Below are positions 60,035-64,000 of a DNA stretch of 64,000 nt, piece after piece. A program made the translations under genes and the position numbers. This stretch comes from Verrucomicrobiota bacterium (GTDB taxonomy: Bacteria > Verrucomicrobiota > Verrucomicrobiia > Opitutales > Seribacteraceae). How positions within the stretch are numbered: position 1 is the first letter of the stretch; the number at the start of each line of letters is the position of its first letter. Under the pieces are notes generated by a model. The model did no database searches, was not told where the DNA came from, and worked only from the letters and a program-made list of their open reading frames with translations. Location of the stretch: NCBI GenBank assembly GCA_027622665.1, contig JAQBYT010000001.1, positions 320,001-384,000 on the forward strand. Reading direction: 5' to 3'.

Positions 60035-60363
60035 TGAAAACTGAACATTTTGGTTTTAAAATACACCAAAGCAAAAACTTTTCTTGTAAGAAAGGAATCG
60101 GAGTTTGCCTAGAATTGCTCGAGAAACATGAATTTAGATAGTTAGAGATGAACAAAATGGAAATAGTCAAGACTTTGGATGCTCTTCTTTTGGAACAGAA
60201 AGCAAAATAAGCTTTGAATGCAATATCCAACGAATCCACCCGACACGCTATGGAAAACATGAAGTGTTAGAGAAACAAATGGCTTCTTCAACTTGCGGTA
60301 AGGTTTTCAAGCCTCGCCCTCTGGGCATAATTTGTACACAATTATCGATTATAAAATCTCGAA

Positions 60364-61347
60364 ATGATACCAGACCATATACCTGAAATTATGAACGCCC
60401 GTGCAGTTCTTGAAACAGAATCTGCGGCAATTAAACTTGCGGCCGAACGCCTCGATGCCAACTTTGTGCGGGCAGTAGATATTTTGGATGTACCTGACGG
60501 AAAAATTGTCGTTGCGGGATTGGGAAAATCGGGTCATGTCGGGCGCAAAATTGCGGCTACTTTTTGCAGTACTGGTTCACCTGCTGTATTTATGCATGCT
60601 GCAGAAGCCGTTCACGGGGATCTAGGTGTGCATCAATCCGGAAATCCGACGATATTTCTTTCTAACAGCGGTTCCACAAGTGAACTGTTGGCACTGGTTC
60701 CCATCTTGCGGGATCGAAGTTCCTCTCTTGTGGGAATTTTAGGTAATCTCGATGGGGCACTGGGTCAAAAAATGGATGTAGTCCTAGATGCCTCTGTTTC
60801 CCGTGAGGCTGATCCATTGGGCATTGTGCCAACCGCCAGTTTTGTCGTAACGGCAGCACTGGGAGATGCTCTTGCTTCATCTCTCATGCAAAAGCGAGGT
60901 TTTACAGAGGAGGATTATGCTCACACCCATCCAGGAGGACAGCTAGGGCGGAGTTGGTCGCTTTCCGTGAATGACCTTATGCATCCAATGGAGAAAGTCG
61001 CATGTTGCGAAGAGGACACATCTTTAAGAAATCTCGTGATCGCGATGACCGAATATCCCCTAGGCGCTGCCTGTGTTATGCGTGATGGTAGGCTTTTGGG
61101 ACTTATAACCGACGGAGACCTCCGCCGTGCGTTACGGGAACAAGAAGACATTCTTTCCCTTAAGGCATCGGCATTGATGAGTACTGACCCGGTTGTTGTG
61201 GAGCCAGGTGTTTCCATTGGCGCGGCTTTACGCATAATGGAAGAACGTCCCTCGCAAATAGCGGTACTGCCCGTTGTGGCCCCCGAGGACGGTTCCTTGT
61301 TGGGGCTTTTGCGCCTTCATGACATTTACACCCCTGATGAACGGTAA
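60364..61347 (+). CDS. kdsD: KpsF/GutQ arabinose-5-phosphate isomerase (SIS + CBS)
   Basis: GLGKSGHVG, EAVHGDLG, SNSG, HPGGQLG, ITDGDLRR. Confidence 0.93.
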   Translation: MIPDHIPEIMNARAVLETESAAIKLAAERLDANFVRAVDILDVPDGKIVVAGLGKSGHVGRKIAATFCSTGSPAVFMHAAEAVHGDLGVHQSGNPTIFLSNSGSTSELLALVPILRDRSSSLVGILGNLDGALGQKMDVVLDASVSREADPLGIVPTASFVVTAALGDALASSLMQKRGFTEEDYAHTHPGGQLGRSWSLSVNDLMHPMEKVACCEEDTSLRNLVIAMTEYPLGAACVMRDGRLLGLITDGDLRRALREQEDILSLKASALMSTDPVVVEPGVSIGAALRIMEERPSQIAVLPVVAPEDGSLLGLLRLHDIYTPDER

Positions 61348-61420
61348 TCAAAAGGATAACTTCCGAAATAATCGCAAAATGCTTTACCGCCAGCGGGTTA
61401 AAGTTTAGCTCAAATTGCCC

Positions 61421-61729
61421 ATGCGAATTGTTTTTGGAATATTGTCGATGGCCGCGATAGTGGCGATGGTGTTCTTGGGTTTGAGCTTAAAGGACGCCCA
61501 TGAGGAAAGTGAGCACTGGAAGACACGCAGGGCAACTCTGGAGAACGAATTGTTGGAGTTAAGAAAGGAAGTGGAAGAACATGGTGCTTTTCTAGACCGC
61601 CTGCGGCGTGATCCAGACTTTCAAAATGCAATGGCCCGCAAAGAACTTGGTTATGGAAAGCGTGGCGAACTAAATTTTCGTTTTCCCAAAGAGGAGGCCA
61701 ACTTGACTGATGAAAGTGCGGAACCGTGA
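61421..61729 (+). CDS. FtsB/DivIC septum formation initiator family protein
   Basis: TM helix, coiled coil, DPDFQNAMARKELGY...GE. Confidence 0.8.
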   Translation: MRIVFGILSMAAIVAMVFLGLSLKDAHEESEHWKTRRATLENELLELRKEVEEHGAFLDRLRRDPDFQNAMARKELGYGKRGELNFRFPKEEANLTDESAEP

Positions 61730-62292
61730 AAGACGAAGAATTTGATGAAACACCTAAAGAGACTCGAAGACTTTTCGTTTTTTTTGCAGCTTTTTCAAGC
61801 GGAACGAACAAGCTATTTCCTCTGGTCGCGTGGCTGTCTTTAGTGTGGCGGGCGGGAAGGTTCGCACCTAGATTACGAAGGCCCAAAGGGTGGATTTCCA
61901 GGAACACTCCTTTCGAAAAAGTGGGGCTATTTTACATGAAAGAAGGCAAACATGCGGTTATCGAATATAGCGATTTACTTTTGGCCTCAAACCCACTTGT
62001 CCTTGAAACCTCGCGGCGGGAAGGGTTTGCATCTATAAAGAATGCTACAGGCGAAGATCCTTCCTCATCTTCCTACGTCGCTCTGTTTGTTCGTGCTCGC
62101 AATTGGGCTCGCCGTTCGGGAATTGATGAGGGGTGTTATGAATGTGAGGTTTCTACAACTTTTCAAACCTCATCTTCGGAGTTTAGCGAAAGCTGGCATC
62201 GCCGCAGAAAAGGGTTCGGCTTGCAGCAGAGCTTAATTCTCGCCCAAAAGCATCTATTCCCAATGCTTGACCCGAAGGGCATACGCCCCTAG
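61726..62292 (+). CDS. hypothetical protein
   Basis: 188 aa ORF, GTGA overlap with the upstream stop. Confidence 0.65.
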   Translation: MKDEEFDETPKETRRLFVFFAAFSSGTNKLFPLVAWLSLVWRAGRFAPRLRRPKGWISRNTPFEKVGLFYMKEGKHAVIEYSDLLLASNPLVLETSRREGFASIKNATGEDPSSSSYVALFVRARNWARRSGIDEGCYECEVSTTFQTSSSEFSESWHRRRKGFGLQQSLILAQKHLFPMLDPKGIRP

Positions 62293-62347
62293 CTAGTCTC
62301 TCTTTTTTCATTCATCCTCGCAACCAGAAGCGACAACAGACTCAATT

Positions 62348-64000
62348 ATGGACGAAGCACTTACCCAAACGATAGACAAGGCTCTTACATCCGGAGAGCT
62401 CATGGATGCGGCAGCAAACAACCTCCGGTCTTGGTTGAGCACCGAACGGTTGAGCGATTGGGCTTCTCGCTCAATAGAACAATTGATAAATGCCGGAGAA
62501 TGGACCGAAATCAACGATAGGTTTCACAAGAATCTGGCATTTGGTACAGGCGGAATTCGAGGCCGTACTATCGGTCGAGTACTAACCAGCGCCGAGCGTG
62601 GGGAAACCAAAGGCAAATCCAGTCCGGAGCATGCTGCAGTCGGTTCGAACACTTTGAACGATTATACCGTGGTGCGAGCAACGATGGCACTGCACGGTTA
62701 TATTAGCACATGGATGGCATCGGAGGGAGTTTTGGATGTTCCTCGAATTGTTATTGCCCACGACGTACGTCATTTTTCACGTCACTTTTGTGAGTTGGCG
62801 GCTTCAACGTGGAGTGCTTTGGGTGGCTACGCTATGGTGTTCGACGGACCGCGCTCTACGCCTCAACTCAGCTTTACCGTACGACTGAGGTATGCACATG
62901 CAGGTATTGTCATTACGGCCAGCCACAATCCACCTCACGACAATGGGTTTAAGGCTTATTTTGTCGATGGCGCTCAAGTTGTACCGCCGCATGCGGGAGC
63001 AATTGTAGATCGGTATTCCAAGCTAACGCTTCAAGACACGGTCCCATTGGTTGTTTCAGCTGGCGAAGCCGAAAGCCCCCCCTTTACCGTCCTTCCCGCG
63101 GGCGACGACCTCGCTTATCGCGCTGCTCTCGAGGAGGCCGTTCTTGACGCAGAACTACTCAAGGAACATTGCCCTAAAATTGTTTTTACGCCCATTCACG
63201 GAACTGGCGGGATCGCTGCGATTCCATCTCTTTGGGATCACGGAGTGGAGGTGGCTTCAGTAGACGAGCAAGCGAGTCCGGATCCCAACTTTTCTACGGT
63301 AAAGTCGCCAAATCCCGAAAACCCCGAGGCCCTAAAACAGGGGATATCCTTGGCGCATAAAATTAAGGCCAAAGCCGTGATAGCCAGTGATCCGGATGGG
63401 GACCGAATTGGTGTAGCGGTTTTTAACGGGAAGGATCGGTTTGAGTGTCTTACCGGAAATCAAGTTGGGTGTATGTTGGCGGAATATCGAATCTCTAAGC
63501 TAAAGAAACTGGGAGTGCTTCCGGAGGCGGGATCCCCGAATGCCGTCATTCTCAAAACTTTCGTGACAAGTCCTATGATGGAGGCAATTGCACTTAAAAA
63601 CGGAATCCGTTGTGTTAACACCCTCACCGGCTTCAAATGGATATCTGAAAAAATTGGTGATTATGAGGATGTTGCCACCACGGCCTTGCGAGAAAATGAA
63701 GGTATTGCTTGGGATTACGACAACACAGATTTTCACACAAGGGCAGAAATACTCCAAAGGTACTCGACGTTCACCGTTTTTGCAGCAGAAGAAAGTTTTG
63801 GGTATTTGCCCTTGGATATTGTTCGAGATAAAGACGGAAACGCAGCGGCCCTAGCCTGTGCAGAACTACTTGCCCACCTAGAACTTACGAAGTCATCAGC
63901 ATTGGAATACCTAGAATATTTATATCTTAAGTACGGCTATTTCGAAGAACAAACAGTTAATCTTTATTTTGAAGGGGTAAAGGGTGCTGCAATAATTAAA
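62348..64000 (+). CDS. phosphoglucomutase/phosphomannomutase family, partial (runs off the window end)
   Basis: Not in ORF track. From ATG 62348: LAFGTGGIRG, IAHDVRH, STPQLSF, ITASHNPPHDNGFK, TPIHGTG, SDPDGDR, TGFKW, EESFG, RDKDG. Confidence 0.93.
   Translation, partial: MDEALTQTIDKALTSGELMDAAANNLRSWLSTERLSDWASRSIEQLINAGEWTEINDRFHKNLAFGTGGIRGRTIGRVLTSAERGETKGKSSPEHAAVGSNTLNDYTVVRATMALHGYISTWMASEGVLDVPRIVIAHDVRHFSRHFCELAASTWSALGGYAMVFDGPRSTPQLSFTVRLRYAHAGIVITASHNPPHDNGFKAYFVDGAQVVPPHAGAIVDRYSKLTLQDTVPLVVSAGEAESPPFTVLPAGDDLAYRAALEEAVLDAELLKEHCPKIVFTPIHGTGGIAAIPSLWDHGVEVASVDEQASPDPNFSTVKSPNPENPEALKQGISLAHKIKAKAVIASDPDGDRIGVAVFNGKDRFECLTGNQVGCMLAEYRISKLKKLGVLPEAGSPNAVILKTFVTSPMMEAIALKNGIRCVNTLTGFKWISEKIGDYEDVATTALRENEGIAWDYDNTDFHTRAEILQRYSTFTVFAAEESFGYLPLDIVRDKDGNAAALACAELLAHLELTKSSALEYLEYLYLKYGYFEEQTVNLYFEGVKGAAIIK

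Noticed and set aside
60015..60260. Antitoxin for the RelE-like gene
   Set aside because: No RHH/Phd-like pattern or acidic tail; looks like a chance ORF.
1..64000. CRISPR array or type IV CasDinG system
   Set aside because: No repeat-spacer array or cas genes; the DinG lies among housekeeping genes.

Overview
Bacterial chromosomal window, about 50% GC by eye and densely packed. Gene content and protein style suggest a marine Verrucomicrobiota (Opitutales-like) genome, which is an inference. Most of it is housekeeping: hemB, pyrD, pyrR-pyrB-pyrC', tsaE, prfA-prmC, Prc protease, rhomboid, rarA, comEC, cysS, grpE-dnaJ-(hldE-like)-purN-prmA, ftsK-rodZ, nagB plus an amino-sugar kinase, glcDEF, kamA, moeA/moaA, dnaN, kdsD, ftsB-like and a phospho-sugar mutase. 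Two partial genes at the window edges are missing from the ORF track (SLC13/TrkA-C permease, phosphomutase). Best leads: (1) a ~2.3 kb AT-rich cassette with no mobility gene that has replaced the middle of a PQQ/BamB-like gene (now a pseudogene) and encodes a SAM methyltransferase fused to a Ddl-like ATP-grasp ligase plus a small secreted Asp/Glu/Thr/Ser-rich peptide, a candidate new peptide-modification or metabolite system; (2) a tRNA-Leu with the rare bacterial AAG anticodon; (3) a small RHH-like gene with a perfect 23-bp palindrome upstream, divergent from an unusual AraC-PAS regulator; (4) several enzymes lacking canonical metal ligands (PyrC', nuclease-DinG, NagB PIG-L domain); (5) moaA broken by two tandem in-frame TAA codons; (6) an AT-rich region with DnaA-box-like sites and a solo RelE-like gene upstream of dnaN. 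No CRISPR array, rRNA, transposase or integrase was seen. All calls come from reading motifs by eye; no searches were run.
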